From Phoronis australis (lineage: Eukaryota; Animalia; Phoronida), in the NCBI GenBank assembly GCA_002633005.1, contig NMRA01000372.1, positions 149,058 through 213,057 of the forward strand: DNA of 64,000 bases. Direction: 5' to 3'. Below the pieces are notes generated by a model. That model saw nothing but the letters and a program-made list of their open reading frames with translations, did not search any database and was not told the DNA's origin. Positions 49,472 to 62,829 of the stretch are shown here, one piece after another. Both the position numbers and the translations under genes were made by a program. Position 1 is the stretch's first letter. Each line of letters starts with the position of its first letter.

Positions 49472-50132
49472 TGATACGTCAGTGTTAAAATTTTCACAAT
49501 AGTATCACACCTGTTTTGGTGATGTAACAGAGACCTATAGCTCAAGTACTACACCAGGACTGACTTCTTTGGTAAGGTGTTCTCCTATCTCGGTAGTGGG
49601 GGGTGGGGGTGCATAACGCCGATGTGCCAGGACCACACGAATGAGTGCAACACTGTATACTGTATGTACACTGTCTAAAAAGGTGCCATGCCTGTCGTCC
49701 GCAAAACTGTTTTCCAGTAAAGTGCTTCGCTAAGTAAATTTTACAGGTTCGTCGTTGCAATTAGGTCAATAGTTAACGAGCACGCGAAGGTCATTCTAGC
49801 TAGCCGTTTGCTTTTGCTGCTTGCTTTATTGATTTGTGTTTTAGGAAGCAACAATGGGACACTGCTTTTGACGCTATATCAACGGAAACCGTTCACTACG
49901 GCGAAGGGACAGTTCGGCCACGTTGTCAGTGAAACAGGACCGCCTAGCATTTGTCAAGTTATCTGGATGTTGGCCGACAAGGTTCCTAAAAAACTGAAGT
50001 AACACTCGTGTAGCAGAGTCGACAAACAAAGAGCAACGCTTCAAAAAGTCCACACACGGATAGCCTATAGCGTGGCTTTCTCATGGTTTGGCAATCTGCA
50101 TCTGACCCACACATGGCGAAATTGAGGGAACC

Positions 50133-50247
50133 ATGTCGTATTCAGTCTCTAATTCGCACCTTCGAAACACCTGGACGATAATTATTATGGTTAATTGCGC
50201 CATGATAATCGGATACGCGTTACACACTCTGGGGAAATTCAACGCCG
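50133..50247 (+). CDS. Alpha-1,3-fucosyltransferase (GT10), exon 1: cytoplasmic tail and type II TM anchor
   Basis: ACCATG with an upstream in-frame stop; MSYSVSNSHLRNTWTIIIMVNCAMIIGYALHTLGKFNA; phase-1 donor G/GTAAGT matches the phase-1 acceptor at 50590. Confidence 0.7.
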
Positions 50248-50590
50248 GTAAGTCCATGATTTTTACATGTAGCACCCCAGTCATGCTTGCGCAATGAGAT
50301 CCAGTAGTAGGCGTCATACGGCAAGATGTTTTCTCAAGTACTTACTGTGAGTCCAGGTCCCCTGTTCTAATATTTGTACTTGAAATCGATGTGGTAATTA
50401 TTCCCAACATTTTCTATTCTACATGTACGTTTGTGCGAACTAAAGATATGTGTCTGATGTCTGTTTGCTCGAGCCATATTGTGGTTTGGGTGGATGACTG
50501 TCTAAGCAGCATAGTCATAGCTCGTTATAGGTACTACATTGTATACTTTTACAACCTCCATCAATAACGAACTGTTTTTGTTCAATATAG

Positions 50591-51432
50591 GAACACTACG
50601 TCTACGACCAGTGTCTCCCAGGCATAGAGAGAAGCCGCCGCTGATTCTATTTTGGACAAAATTTTTCAAACGCAGCGATTGGTATGTCGGAGTTGGCGAG
50701 GTAAAACATTTACGAAACTGTAACGTAACCTGTGAAATCACTGCCGATAAATCTCGATTTAATGAAAGCAAAGCCATAATCATTCACCCCCGCAATACTG
50801 TAAAGCGGTTGCCAAGTAACCGCCGGCCATGGCAACATCTGTATTTTTTCCTCAAGGAAACGCCTATTAATACTCCAAACCTCAAACGCTTTGCAAACGT
50901 GTTTAATTACACCATCACGTATCGTCGAGATTCGGATATCCCTGCGCCTTACGGATACATAAAAAGGAGGGCAACACCGCCAACTAACCTTCCCGTTAGA
51001 TCTTTTGAAAGAAGAAACGGCGTTGCAGTTTGGGTTGTGAGTAACTGCCAACCTCAAAGCAAAAGACACAAATTCGTGCGCCATCTTCAAAGATATCTTC
51101 CTGTCAAAGTGTTTGGAGCATGCGTAAAAAGACGATGCAACAAAGCGTGTTTTGAAAAGCTAAAGAGGACTTTCAAATTCTATCTGTCGTTTGAGAACTG
51201 CCTTTGTAGTGATTACGTTACAGAAAAACTTTACAGGACCTTGGAATGGGGTTTGATCCCTATCGTTCTTGGTGGGGCAAACTACACGGAGTTATTACCT
51301 CGCAACAGCTATATCAGTATAGCTGATTTTAATTCACCGAAAGACCTGGCACGATACGTTCTGAAGGTTTCAAAGAACGAAACTCTGTACAATACCTTTT
51401 TTGATTGGAGGAGGCATTATGACATTGGCTAT
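50591..51432 (+). CDS. Alpha-1,3-fucosyltransferase (glycosyltransferase family 10), catalytic exon; 3' end disrupted by an assembly N
   Basis: ILFWT, CEIT, ETP, FNYTITYRRDSDI..PYG, WVVSNC, FKFYLSFENCLCSDYVTEKL (alpha-1,3-FucT motif), PIVLG, LP.NSYI...DF.SPKDLA, FFDWR; similarity is lost after the N at 51433. Confidence 0.93.
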
Positions 51433-52571
51433 NCTCTCCGTTTTAACGTTGATCATCGTCAATACACCTCCAAAAATTGCACATCGTCTTTGCGCAAACT
51501 ACATTGAGATTTAAGTCTCCCGAAAAAAGTTGACGATCGGATAGTGTTTAAAAGTCAAATTCTAAATTTCTCCAGTTAGTGCACTAATGAAGTAAAACAA
51601 AGTAGTTCTGCTTGTCGCGTCAGTTGTTGGTATCATTATCTCGATTTATGACCCACAACGCGTGACTGGACAAAGCCTTTTCAAATTAAGCCGGTGGAGC
51701 GTGAGACCCCTGAGGTCCCAATCGAGTCCTCACGACAACTCCGCGTTATGGTATATGCACAATGTCAGGGTTTCCAATAGAGGTCTCTTTTTAAAGCTCT
51801 GCATGATATCACGCACGTGAATGTACAACGTCACAATCATATTCGCTGTGACACCTACATGTACTACTTACTGTGACACAGTTAACCATTACAATTAATC
51901 AGCTTTAGTATTATCTATTTTAAAGACAATTTTCACCAAAATGTCCCTTTTATTGTGTTATTCCAAAATCAAGTAATGCCATTTATTTATTTTTTTTGCA
52001 AATGGGACTTCTCTTCACATCTGACGCGAAAGTATTTAGCAATAGTTATTGGTATTACATATTTTGTTTAAAAAGACACGCATTGGTGAATCTTATAGTC
52101 AAACAAATTACACAGAAGTGTGTACGCGACTAGCATGACACCTGGTGAAAAATACTAAGATGATCGTAAATATGTTTGGCGCGAAAATAAAGCATTTAAT
52201 TTATTTTTTCAAAAATGCTTTTGGGAATTCATAGACTGTTGTGTTATCCAAATGCGGATTTATCACACTGAAAATCTCAAAAATATGAAGAAGTACAATT
52301 CCTTATTTGACGTTACGGTGACGTTAAAATGAACCCGGGGTCACCTTTTAGATGTTTCGAGTTAGCCATCTTGTAATTCTAATGAAGAACACCTAAGTTA
52401 CGGCTTGCCATAACTTGAGGTGGCTTAGAGTTAGTCACCCCTGCATGTCACATTTACGTGATCTTGACAGTCGTGTAGTTTGGAAATGCAAGCTGATATT
52501 TCGGCTAACTTGCAGTTTTGACGTAAGCATTTCAACCCAGGCGAGCCAGATTACCCTGACAACGTCCCAAC

Positions 52572-52648
52572 AGCGTTTTTTAGTCGAGGTGGAAATAGAG
52601 CGTTTTTTAGTCGAGGTGGAAATAGAGCGTTTTTTAGTCGAGGTGGAA
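52572..52648. repeat. Minisatellite, 27-bp unit x~3
   Basis: AGCGTTTTTTAGTCGAGGTGGAA starts at 52572, 52599 and 52626. Confidence 0.92.
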
Positions 52649-53623
52649 GAATAGGTGACTGAAAAACGATAAACGCCTCAAAAGTATCAAAGTCTTGCGA
52701 CCAGGGATCTGTGGGGACGAGCTCTCGTCGCCGGCTGAAAGTTTTCGATCTAGGAGCTAAGGTTTTGGCGAGGTCGCAAACGACGACCTCAATTTTCCTA
52801 CAATCAAGGGCTGCCAAGTACTAAAGTAAGAATCTTCATAATTTGACATGTTGAACCTTCATTGTTATCTTTCAAACAGATTAGCTCAAACACTGAAGTG
52901 AAATAGGCTTCCCGCCTTAGAAAAGATACATGTATACGGTACTGCCGGGTGGCAACCAGGCGCCAAAGGCTTTAAACGAAGATCCAGAGTAGAACAAATG
53001 TTTGCATCCCCGCCAGTAATTGAATCTATATCGATGATACGCAGCAGTACTCCGCGTTACAAAACGGTGAAATCAAACCAAAATGTCACGGATAAGGGGA
53101 AATTGATTTATAAGCACCTTTTAGTAATACTAAAGCTTTTACCACCATGTTTAAAATATCCAGTGCTGTCATTCAAATCAATGTTAAAAGTCCTTAAAAA
53201 AATGGAGAATGATCAATGGGTAATCCACTTTTGTTCGAAATAGGCCCACCGTGAAATTTGACCGGCATACACCGTCTGCCTTGTACTAAGTTCAGTGGTT
53301 GCGGTAAGTACATTCGAAATCATATGTTTGGCATTTTCTACTCTACTTTTGTGGGAACTCAACTGAGATAAGGGTCTATTATTTTGTATTAAGTGCCGAA
53401 AATTCCACCTCCGGTAGCCTAAAAAATCAAAACCTCAGTGTCGCTTTAGTGACCCGATGGCGCGATGACCCGGCACTGACTCTGACCTGATACCAATGCT
53501 GGTTTCTAGACGAAACTAAGTACGATAGCAGGTACATGCAAGCCGAGTGTCGGCAGGTTCTCTACCCGACTTCAGTCCGAACATTTTGTCTTCCGTCGCA
53601 CTGACCCCCTCCCTCACGTACAC

Positions 53624-53658
<35 letters not shown>

Positions 53659-53806
53659 GGCACNTTTTTTTGGGGGGGGGGCATGGATCCCTAAAATTCT
53701 ACTAAATACCATTTGGGAGGTCGGGTGCGCGCAAGCAGGGGCTCGTCGGGGGTGAATAAACAACGCATAGTCGCATAGGCCCTGAACAAACTGAACAGAC
53801 CCTGGT

Positions 53807-53869
53807 CAAAAACACTAATTAAAACAAAACGGTAAACAGGCTGTTTACCGTTTTGTTTAGTGTTTTTGA
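53807..53869. repeat. Short near-perfect hairpin
   Basis: TCAAAAACACTAA...AAACAAAACGGTAAACAG-G-CTGTTTACCGTTTTGTTTAGTGTTTTTGA. Confidence 0.8.
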
Positions 53870-55047
53870 TATCAATTATATTTGGTAATTTAAGCGGATT
53901 ACATGCCTCTCATCCTTTTTACACAGTCTTAACTCCGGTCTGAGCAGAGCGTCGACATAAAGTTAAACTGTCAAAGTTAACTAAATCGTTCATACTGACT
54001 TCTCTAGTACTGAGTTAACGGACTTCGAAGTTAACGGTCATCGAAGTAATCGCAAGGTAGAACTGCATGCTAATTGACGTGAAACTTAATTTTAATTCGA
54101 TTGGTGATTATTAGAGCAGAACATAAGTAACTATTAGTGATGACACTACCCTGTAATTGTTAACGATAACTGGCACCTGGAGATAGCTTCGATGGGACTG
54201 AAGTTGACCATTCTTACTGCACCACAGCATCGACGCTTCGCTCTTAAATCCACCTGTTTACTGCGAAGTTAACTGGCGCTGTGAACTTCGATCCAGGACC
54301 AAAATTAAGCGTTCATACGCTGCAACTACCCAAAACATCGACTCATCGACATTAGTATGAAAGGCCCTTCTGGAACACATGCCCTTTGACCCCACAATCT
54401 GTACTAATTAATTTCAATCAGTTGTCATATTCAACATCTTGACTGTGGGTTTCAGCAGCCAAATCCAATGCACTTATGTCAGCAATTCTTTGAAAAAGTC
54501 AACCTTGAGTCGAAAATGGAATTGCGACAAGATTAATATGCCTGTTCTTATCTGAAACCCCAGTTACTCTCACTGCCAAACAATATTTGGCATTTATAGC
54601 AATGTGGTAAGCCTCTGAAAAATAGAAATGTGGCAATTTTAGCAAATGCATTTGTCCCAAATTGAAGATTTTTTTGTCGTACTTACACCAGGTTTTATTT
54701 CTAGTTTGCCTTGACCTCCACAAGTTGCAGGACACATCCTTTTGTCCAAGGAAATGCAAAATTACCTTGGTTTGGATTGTTAACACTCACATCATTATAA
54801 AAGGTCTCTAGTTTGATTTGACGACATCTGAAGCACAAGTCGGTATCTCCCACAGTTAACCTCAATTGCACAGTCCTGCAGGCTGTATGGCTCTGTGTTT
54901 TTAATACCCTGGAGTCTGCAGGTTGATTTGTGTTGGTTCAATGTGTTTTTGGAACAGGACAGAGTGATTTAAATATTCACTGCTCTGAGCCACCTTTGAC
55001 TTGTTTATTCCCTTAATAAATTTTTTTCAAATTGCAGAAGGCTCACA

Positions 55048-55527
55048 ATGCCAAAGAAAGGTGGAAAAGTGACGCGTGCTCAAAAAGAGGCTGCTGATGA
55101 AAGCTACAGACCAGGAGGTTTAACGTTATCAAACTTCTTAGTTGCATCAGAAACACCCTCAAAACCTTTGACAGTGGAGACAGCTCCAAATGGTTCATCT
55201 GACATTGGGGCAACAGGAGTCACTACCAGTGCTGCGGCAGAAAGACTTCACACTGATTTTCACAATAAAAATGATCAAAATCAAGGTATAGAGTTCAGGA
55301 TTAAACGGACAAAGAAGGGGAACCTGCCTTTAACATACGAGTCCCGTGCTAAAGGAAAGAAAGTGACTGTGATTAGTAATGTGAGCGGGGACAGTAATGC
55401 GCTGTTGTCGTTGTTGAAAAAAGCCACCGGTACTGGTGGCGCCGCTAAGGGAGAAATGGTGGAACTGCAAGGTGATCACAGGAAATTCCTAGAAACATAT
55501 TTGAAGAAACATCCTTGTTTGCATTAA
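55048..55527 (+). CDS. SUI1/eIF1-fold domain protein (YciH-like), 159 aa, single coding exon
   Basis: C-terminal RAKGKKVTVISNV...LLSLLKKATGTGGAAKGEMVELQGDHR matches the SUI1 domain; splice acceptor tttttttcaaattgcAG (55037) just before ACAATG; candidate 5' UTR donor GCG/GTAAGT at 53304. Confidence 0.85.
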   Translation: MPKKGGKVTRAQKEAADESYRPGGLTLSNFLVASETPSKPLTVETAPNGSSDIGATGVTTSAAAERLHTDFHNKNDQNQGIEFRIKRTKKGNLPLTYESRAKGKKVTVISNVSGDSNALLSLLKKATGTGGAAKGEMVELQGDHRKFLETYLKKHPCLH

Positions 55528-56844
55528 AGACTGCTTTGCTCAATTCCACAATAGTTTGCATGTAATGTAGTGAAAAATCTAATGGCTCAAATTTTTTATT
55601 CTCTGATTGATAGAGTTAGATACTTAAAATTTTGTGTGAGACACTCTTGTTTATGATATGGTGTACTCAGACATTCAGCTTGGAGGCAATATGGCGGACA
55701 TGCAAAGTTATGTTTTTTTTAAAGTGACTGTAAACCTGTGTTCCATTAAAGAAGTGAACTTTTGGTTTGGACGACATACTGCTATGCAATTCTGTCCTAC
55801 CGTATTGATCGCTGTCCGATGCTATGAGGCACGAAATAATGGTACACCTCCAAATATGGCAGGCTGGTCAGCAGCCTCGCTTTCGCTCGTACGGAGATTC
55901 ACATGTTAGCATCTGTTGTCTGAATATTTTATATCGTATTTAGGTCATGCTGGGGAAGTATTTCTTCTGTGCAGTGGGCTGCAATGCCGATTCAAGAAAG
56001 TGGTAAAGGCTGGATAAATATCCATGGTTGTGAGATGTCACATTTCACCTCTTCCCGACAGTTCTGAAGGACAAAAGACGACAAAGCCCATCGTGTGCAC
56101 AGTGCCATTGTTGTACAATCAGTATAATCTTACCTCACGGCCGAGAAGAGTGGGAGTACGGAATACGGGAATTAGTCTCAACTTGTCCGTTATTCAGGAG
56201 TGAAATGTGATTTTCAAGCTTGCTAAAGTTCTGACTAGTAAAGTTCATTATTTTTAGCGCTAAAAATTACCCACTTTGACAAACCAAGTGTCTGATAGAC
56301 CCTGGTCTAATAAATAATGAATTACCCATTTTTTTAACCTCTGAGATTACCGCCAATATAACTTGAGAATGATTTTAAACCAATTTCATGGCAACTAGCG
56401 ATCTAAATAAATGAGTTGGATTTTGTAATGGAGGACCTGTTTATAGAAGCCATAAAAACTGGGATAGGTAGAATCAAATATTTTGTTTTGTTTGTTTTCC
56501 AATTTCAAATGAGTGACCTCTTCTTACTAAGCACTGCTCTCCAGCAGGTACCTCTGTAAATGCTGAATGATGCTTTCAACTCTGCAACAGCCACTCTCAG
56601 CCTCTGAAAAATGGAAATTCATTACGAAAATAGTAATGTTGTTCTTCGAGAAATAAAGGACTGGAATTCCGGAGGTGCATTTTTATGTTTTTTTTGTGTA
56701 ATGTTGTTGCCATTCAGCTCACTGGGTGACATTTATTGTGTATTGCAAATTTCACCACTTTGGAACGCAGTATGCCATACAACTGATAATTTGTCTTGTA
56801 TGTTGTTTTTAAATCATAAACAGCACAAAAGTTATGCTTAACCA

Positions 56845-57970
56845 TTTTTATGCGCCCACATATTTATATGTGGACGCATTATGCCGTCATCTCTGTCCGT
56901 CCGTCCGNNNNNNNNNNNNNNNNNNNNNNNNNNNNNNNNNNNNNNNNNNNNNNNNNNNNNNNNNNNNNNNNNNNNNNNNNNNNNNNNNNNNNNNNNNNNN
57001 NNNNNNNNNNNNNNNNNNNNNNNNNNNNNNNNNNNNNNNNNNNNNNNNNNNNNNNNNNNNNNNNNNNNNNNNNNNNNNNNNNNNNNNNNNNNNNNNNNNN
57101 NNNNNNNNNNNNNNNNNNNNNNNNNNNNNNNNNNNNNNNNNNNNNNNNNNNNNNNNNNNNNNNNNNNNNNNNNNNNNNNNNNNNNNNNNNNNNNNNNNNN
57201 NNNNNNNNNNNNNNNNNNNNNNNNNNNNNNNNNNNNNNNNNNNNNNNNNNNNNNNNNNNNNNNNNNNNNNNNNNNNNNNNNNNNNNNNNNNNNNNNNNNN
57301 NNNNNNNNNNNNNNNNNNNNNNNNNNNNNNNNNNNNNNNNNNNNNNNNNNNNNNNNNNNNNNNNNNNNNNNNNNNNNNNNNNNNNNNNNNNNNNNNNNNN
57401 NNNNNNNNNNNNNNNNNNNNNNNNNNNNNNNNNNNNNNNNNNNNNNNNNNNNNNNNNNNNNNNNNNNNNNNNNNNNNNNNNNNNNNNNNNNNNNNNNNNN
57501 NNNNNNNNNNNNNNNNNNNNNNNNNNNNNNNNNNNNNNNNNNNNNNNNNNNNNNNNNNNNNNNNNNNNNNNNNNNNNNNNNNNNNNNNNNNNNNNNNNNN
57601 NNNNNNNNNNNNNNNNNNNNNNNNNNNNNNNNNNNNNNNNNNNNNNNNNNNNNNNNNNNNNNNNNNNNNNNNNNNNNNGTAGAAATTTGTTTCTGGCATT
57701 CTAATGCTGTGCTAATCTCGTATGTTGGTAAATTTGTTTTTAATTCTATGTTTCTGTGGTGCTTTAAGCAACTGGTGTATAGGATGTGCTTGTATTATGA
57801 AGATTACTCACATTTTGCCCCTAGCCTATTGAGGAGACAAGGACCATGCCTTTCCATTTTGCAAAGTATGCCCTCTACTGGCCACTTTATGGTACCAATA
57901 AACAACCCTAGAAGGATACCGTATGCGGTGCAATTGTGGGCGCATTTCAACGCTCCGCGTTGCTCTTGTT
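56845..57970 (+). mobile_element. Helentron-associated (HINE/DINE-like) non-autonomous element spanning an N-gap
   Basis: TTTTT then sub-TIR ATGCGCCCACA, (TCCG)n microsatellite, 3' sub-TIR TGTGGGCGCAT (57935-57945), hairpin CAACGC-TCC-GCGTTG, terminal CTCTTGTT. Confidence 0.75.
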
Positions 57971-59618
57971 AATATGTGGACCCCAATGAAATGAACTTGG
58001 TTCCGACACTTTCCTATTTAGTACCCAAATGAAACTCACTTTGAAGCTCAATTGAATCAAAAGAATTTTAACTGTTTTTAAATTACATCATGTAGATTTT
58101 TTAAGTGTTTACTTCAACTGATAGAGTTGTGCATTTGTGGTTTGAAGAGTTTCCCGTAACTCCCAAAATAATTTGCTGCAGATTTGAACACAGGTTTAGA
58201 ATAATAAAAAATATAAACAAGATAGTGAAACTTTTGTTGCAAAATTTAATATTCAGAATTTTTAGTCGATGTCTCTAACACCTAAAAACTATATCATTTT
58301 TGCAAGTAGACTTCTGTGTGCTTCATGTCAATGCGTAACAGTTCATCTGTGCAGAAGGTGTCTGATTTATGTTTGTTGGTTCATAAGGTTCTTTTGCACA
58401 AGTCTCAGAAAGCCAGTACGCAGTAATTCTGTCAGGGAATGCATGCAGTGTTCTAAGTTGAAAGAACTAAGCTTTGGATCTCTTGTACATCTAAGTTTTA
58501 TTTTAAGTGAAACACAAGATAAAACAATAAATCTAAAAAATAAATACAAAATGAAAGTCAAAAGTTACTTCACTCAAAAGAGTTCGCGAATGTGCTCACC
58601 ACTCCAACCTCTATCTCAGAATGTTCGAATCCATCTCGGCATTTTATTAGGGGGCCGGGGGGAGAGGGGGGTAGTACATGTATATGCTTTACCATGTTAA
58701 AACTCTGTACCACAGTTACTGCTCCTGCCCGACAATATTTTGAAAATTTACGTGCATTCACAACAGTGTTGGAAGCCATTGAAGAATGAAAAAATCAAAT
58801 TTGACATCTCTTATTTTGTACAAAATTGGAGAGATTTTACTGTACTCGTTTCCCAAAGATCTTCATCCTGTTTTCGAGAGTGTATGAGATTTCTACATTT
58901 TAATTGTTAAGTAAGAAGCCTTGGTTAATGCAACTTCAAGGGGGCTAACTCCAAAGTCTATTACCAGAGACATCTATTGGTTGAAAATTTTATAACAAAC
59001 TCAGTCTTAGGTCCTAAACCATTTTGCCTTTGTGAAAATGCTGGACTATACAGCCTTGGGTGTGATTACTTTTCACTGACATGTTTAAGGCAAACTTGGT
59101 TCTTGCTTCAACATTTTAAAAGTTTTACAGCTACATTGATTTGATATGCCCCCTGGTGTCGATAAAATAGTTTGAATGAAGATGTGAAATGAACAAGTTT
59201 TACAACAGTTATAGCAAAGAAATCAACCAAAACTACTTAAAATTTGGCATTTGGACTTTTCTTAACTGATTAATTGAAATTTGTAAATTCGCAATGCTGA
59301 ATTTTGCAAATCATGGGCCAGTAAGACAAATCTTAAATTTTAGTAAATTTTACGATTACATAAACTTAAAATTTGCCTCAAGACCGTTTCAAGAAAGAGC
59401 TCTTAAGTTTGACTTAAGTTTTCTATATAAGCTTTGTCTTAATTTTGACTAGCTTGACGGTTGTGGAAATTCCAAAGTTTGGAAGTTAAGACAAATCGTA
59501 GATTTAAGTCAAAATTGAACTTAAGTCAGTTTCTTGGAAAAGGCTTCATGTCCCTTATCATGGCAAAGCAAAGTTACTGTTTATGATGATGGTGACTGTA
59601 ATGTTCACTTTTCTGATG

Positions 59619-59762
59619 TTATGTGTATGAGAGAAGATTGATTTCATATGATCCTTCAACGTCGTATCTTCCAAGAGCTTTTTTGGTGGACTCGGTGCAC
59701 ACCTGCTGGGTCAGGGCCCACATCTGCTGGACGTCTGATGAGACGGCGTCTACTACAACTCC
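59619..59762 (-). CDS. Probable terminal coding exon of an unidentified gene (upstream exons not located)
   Basis: Minus-strand acceptor ctgtgtgtttcAG followed by an open, GC-richer frame GVVVDAVSSDVQQMWALTQQVCTESTKKALGRYDVEGSYEINLLSYT-stop; AT-rich UTR-like sequence downstream. Confidence 0.55.
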   Translation of the reverse strand, partial: GVVVDAVSSDVQQMWALTQQVCTESTKKALGRYDVEGSYEINLLSYT

Positions 59763-62700
59763 CTGAAACACACAGTATAATATAAGTTCCCATGGCAAAG
59801 TCTTTTCTCAAACGAAGTAAAGTGTCCCCAGGAAACGTGTTATTTCAGCTAGCTCACAATATATTGTAATCTACATGTAAACTGAAACTGAAAATTTTCC
59901 ACTGTCAGAATTGGAGTTTGAAACAATTAAGTTATACCTGGGTCTACATCATAATAAAACATGTCACTATGCTCGTAGTACATGTGATGAGTATACTGTC
60001 TTCATCACAAAACATCTTGGTCAAGGCCTACTTCAAGAATGAAGGTCGAGCAAAGTTGTAACAGACTTTCTTACTGCAGTAAACTAGTGCTACATGTACA
60101 GGTTAAAACGAAAATAAAATTCGATTAAATACAATATAATTGTTTCTGCTCTCGTGCTGAGCACAGAATTTTGTGACATTTAGGCAGGACTTGCTGAATA
60201 TATGCAATTATCTTTCAAATACCATACTGCATAGTATTTCACAATTGAGCAATTTTGTCAAAGATAATCACCAAATGGTTAATGCAACACCATTAAGTTG
60301 ATGCAAATTTAAAATCTAATTTTTTGCGACCATAGGTTTCTGCTGTAAGATTTACAAAGAAGCAGAACCAAAGCTGAAGCAACAAAACTGATCAGAGCAG
60401 AAGTTGGAGTGTGCAACTTTTATTTGCATGTAATAAGGAATTCAAAGAATGTAATGTGTGTGTGTGTGTGTGGAGGAATTTTTGGGGCACAGGTATCTTT
60501 CAGAGAGGACAATAACACCTTTGCGAAATGTGTTTAGTGACAGAAATCGAGGATGTTTTTAAAGTGTTCATAACACTAGCATTCAACAATGAGATTATCA
60601 CACAGAGTCAATATACAGCAATCATGATGTACTCAATATTCAAGCATCCAATCCCGCATTCCACCAAAAAGGTTAATAACTTTCGATTTTAAAGACCACC
60701 ATGCCATAAAACTGATTTCACTTTGTTCCTAACTTAGATAAACAGTACCGCAGTAATTATCCAGTAATGTCTCGGAACAAAATAATGACCAAAAGTGATA
60801 GTTTTACACGTTTCAGTCTTATTACATCACTGAAAATAATGGAAACGTTTTACCAAATGTTTCATTATAGTCTGGTCTGCACTCCACCTGTTGGCCACAT
60901 CACTAGGTCACATGATGTGGCCAACATGTCATTTTTACATTTTTCAAGCTTATTACATCATTAAACATAATGTGAACATTCATTTGTTAAATGTTGTTTC
61001 TTGACATCTACGCTGTATAACCCATGCCAGCGACCAATTAAAATTTTACCAATCTTTATTTGTCTGTGGAGCAACGTGATCAAATAAAACTTCCCTCGTC
61101 AGCCATTTTGTGTGCTCAGGTAAAGAATGACGGTAGTTATGCAATGGACTCGTAAAAGTCGACTGTTGTTACTGCTGGAGAGTACTGCATAAAGTGACGC
61201 ACCGTGCCGAATTGTAGAACCTGCACCCACATTTTGGGTATGGTGGGAGTAACTGTAGCGCACACAGTGGCTTAGAATTTTTCAGAGGGTTGTAAATCAT
61301 GGATGTGGTTTACACACAGTAAATCTTTTGACATTGACATGCAAGGTCAGTGAAAGTAGTGTTTGTGAACTCTGCTCTTAGTCATACAGCTTTCCCTATT
61401 GGCCTGTGAAAGTAAACTCTGGTTGACAAACGGTTTATGGTCCTGGCTGAGAAGTGTTTTATTGACCCCTATGAATTCTGAATAGCAAGCCTGGAATGCA
61501 AGCAATAATGACCAGTCATCTTTCCAAGCCCAGAAAGTGTTAATTTCATAAGAAACAAGTTGAGAACAATTTTACAACCTGGTAAGTGGCCTAAATCAAA
61601 AACTGACCAAAGGAGGTCACTAGCTGCAATGTAATACAAAATAATACAAAAACCTGCGGTCGCAAGCAGTGTTTTCAAATTATTTCAAGCATCAATCGAG
61701 TTAAGCAGAGCTATATACACACTCTATAATGCTCGTCGGTGATTAGAGCACACACGAGTGATCACACACATCTAGAAAATATTGTGTGGGTTACCATATG
61801 AAGGCACACATAATTTTTATTATTCATAATACAGTAAAACTCACACAAGTCGGTTTTTTGTTCAATGTGCACAAAGTTCTGCAGTACATTTGCCTGATTC
61901 TTGAACTGCAGAGCCACAACAGAACGTTCAGTACAGTCGTGTTCTCTGCCATTTAGATTAAGTCAGATTTTGCCAACTCGGTACAACTTCAGAGGGTACT
62001 GTTGGATCTGACTTATGACAGTTTTACTGTATGGCAATGAAAAATCAAAGACATAATTTCCAATGACACAATACCATCAATATGAGTATTCTGCAAAGGG
62101 AGTCTGCAAAGCAATAGTTCAGTAGCCATATGACACAATCAGTGTTCACCCTAGGCTTGTTTCTTATTTGACGCAGCTAAGCTCATAAAGACACATACTA
62201 ACTTAATAAAGTTTATTTGTGCACCACACTGGATGCAATTTTTATGTAGGTTTTAAGATTTACAACATGGACGCGAGAATCAACTGTTTTGCATCTATTT
62301 TATTTATTCATTTGGTAAATTGCACTATTTGACTAATTTTTTCAGTGTGGACAATTTGCTTCCTGGAACCCCAGAAATTGAAATGGATCACCAAAATTTT
62401 GGAAGGTGCGTACGCTGACCATAATGTTTTGATGTGCCGAGCAACTGTGTACAGCATGCCAACTCGGGGATAATGTCAATTTACATATATTAAACAACTA
62501 CAGCAAAAATTGCAGATTTCTAGAGATTTTGAGAAAAGATAACTTGGAAGTGCAGCCTCGCATGTCAAGTAGCTTTGACGACATCATCTCTTTTCACAAT
62601 CAAGTGATACAGAAATGTGGGAAAAGGAGATCTCTGGAGTGCTGTTAACAGATATCAGTTTGTAAATTACAATCGCAGAATTAGGCTAAAAGAAATGGTG

Positions 62701-62829
62701 GGAGAATCTAAGATGATCCCAGAAATGAGATGCCAGCAGGTCCTACTTTGGAGTCTAAGAATGTGGATTGTTTGTGGAAACAAAGTTTATTCAGCACGAT
62801 ACTCATAAACATCTAGTCCTTACATTCTA

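Noticed and set aside
49808-50002. Hydrophobic ORF (LLLLALLICVLG) as the fucosyltransferase membrane anchor
   Set aside because: TTG start, ends in a stop without a suitable donor, and the hydrophobic part is a polypyrimidine tract/acceptor; 50133-50247 fits better.
52572-52648. 27-bp direct repeats that could suggest a CRISPR array
   Set aside because: Units are head-to-tail with no unique spacers, no cas genes nearby, and the context is eukaryotic; it is a minisatellite.
56834-57972. Long ORFs of 270-363 aa in the track (also 10261-10845)
   Set aside because: They are read through N-runs and are artefacts, apart from the LINE endonuclease start.
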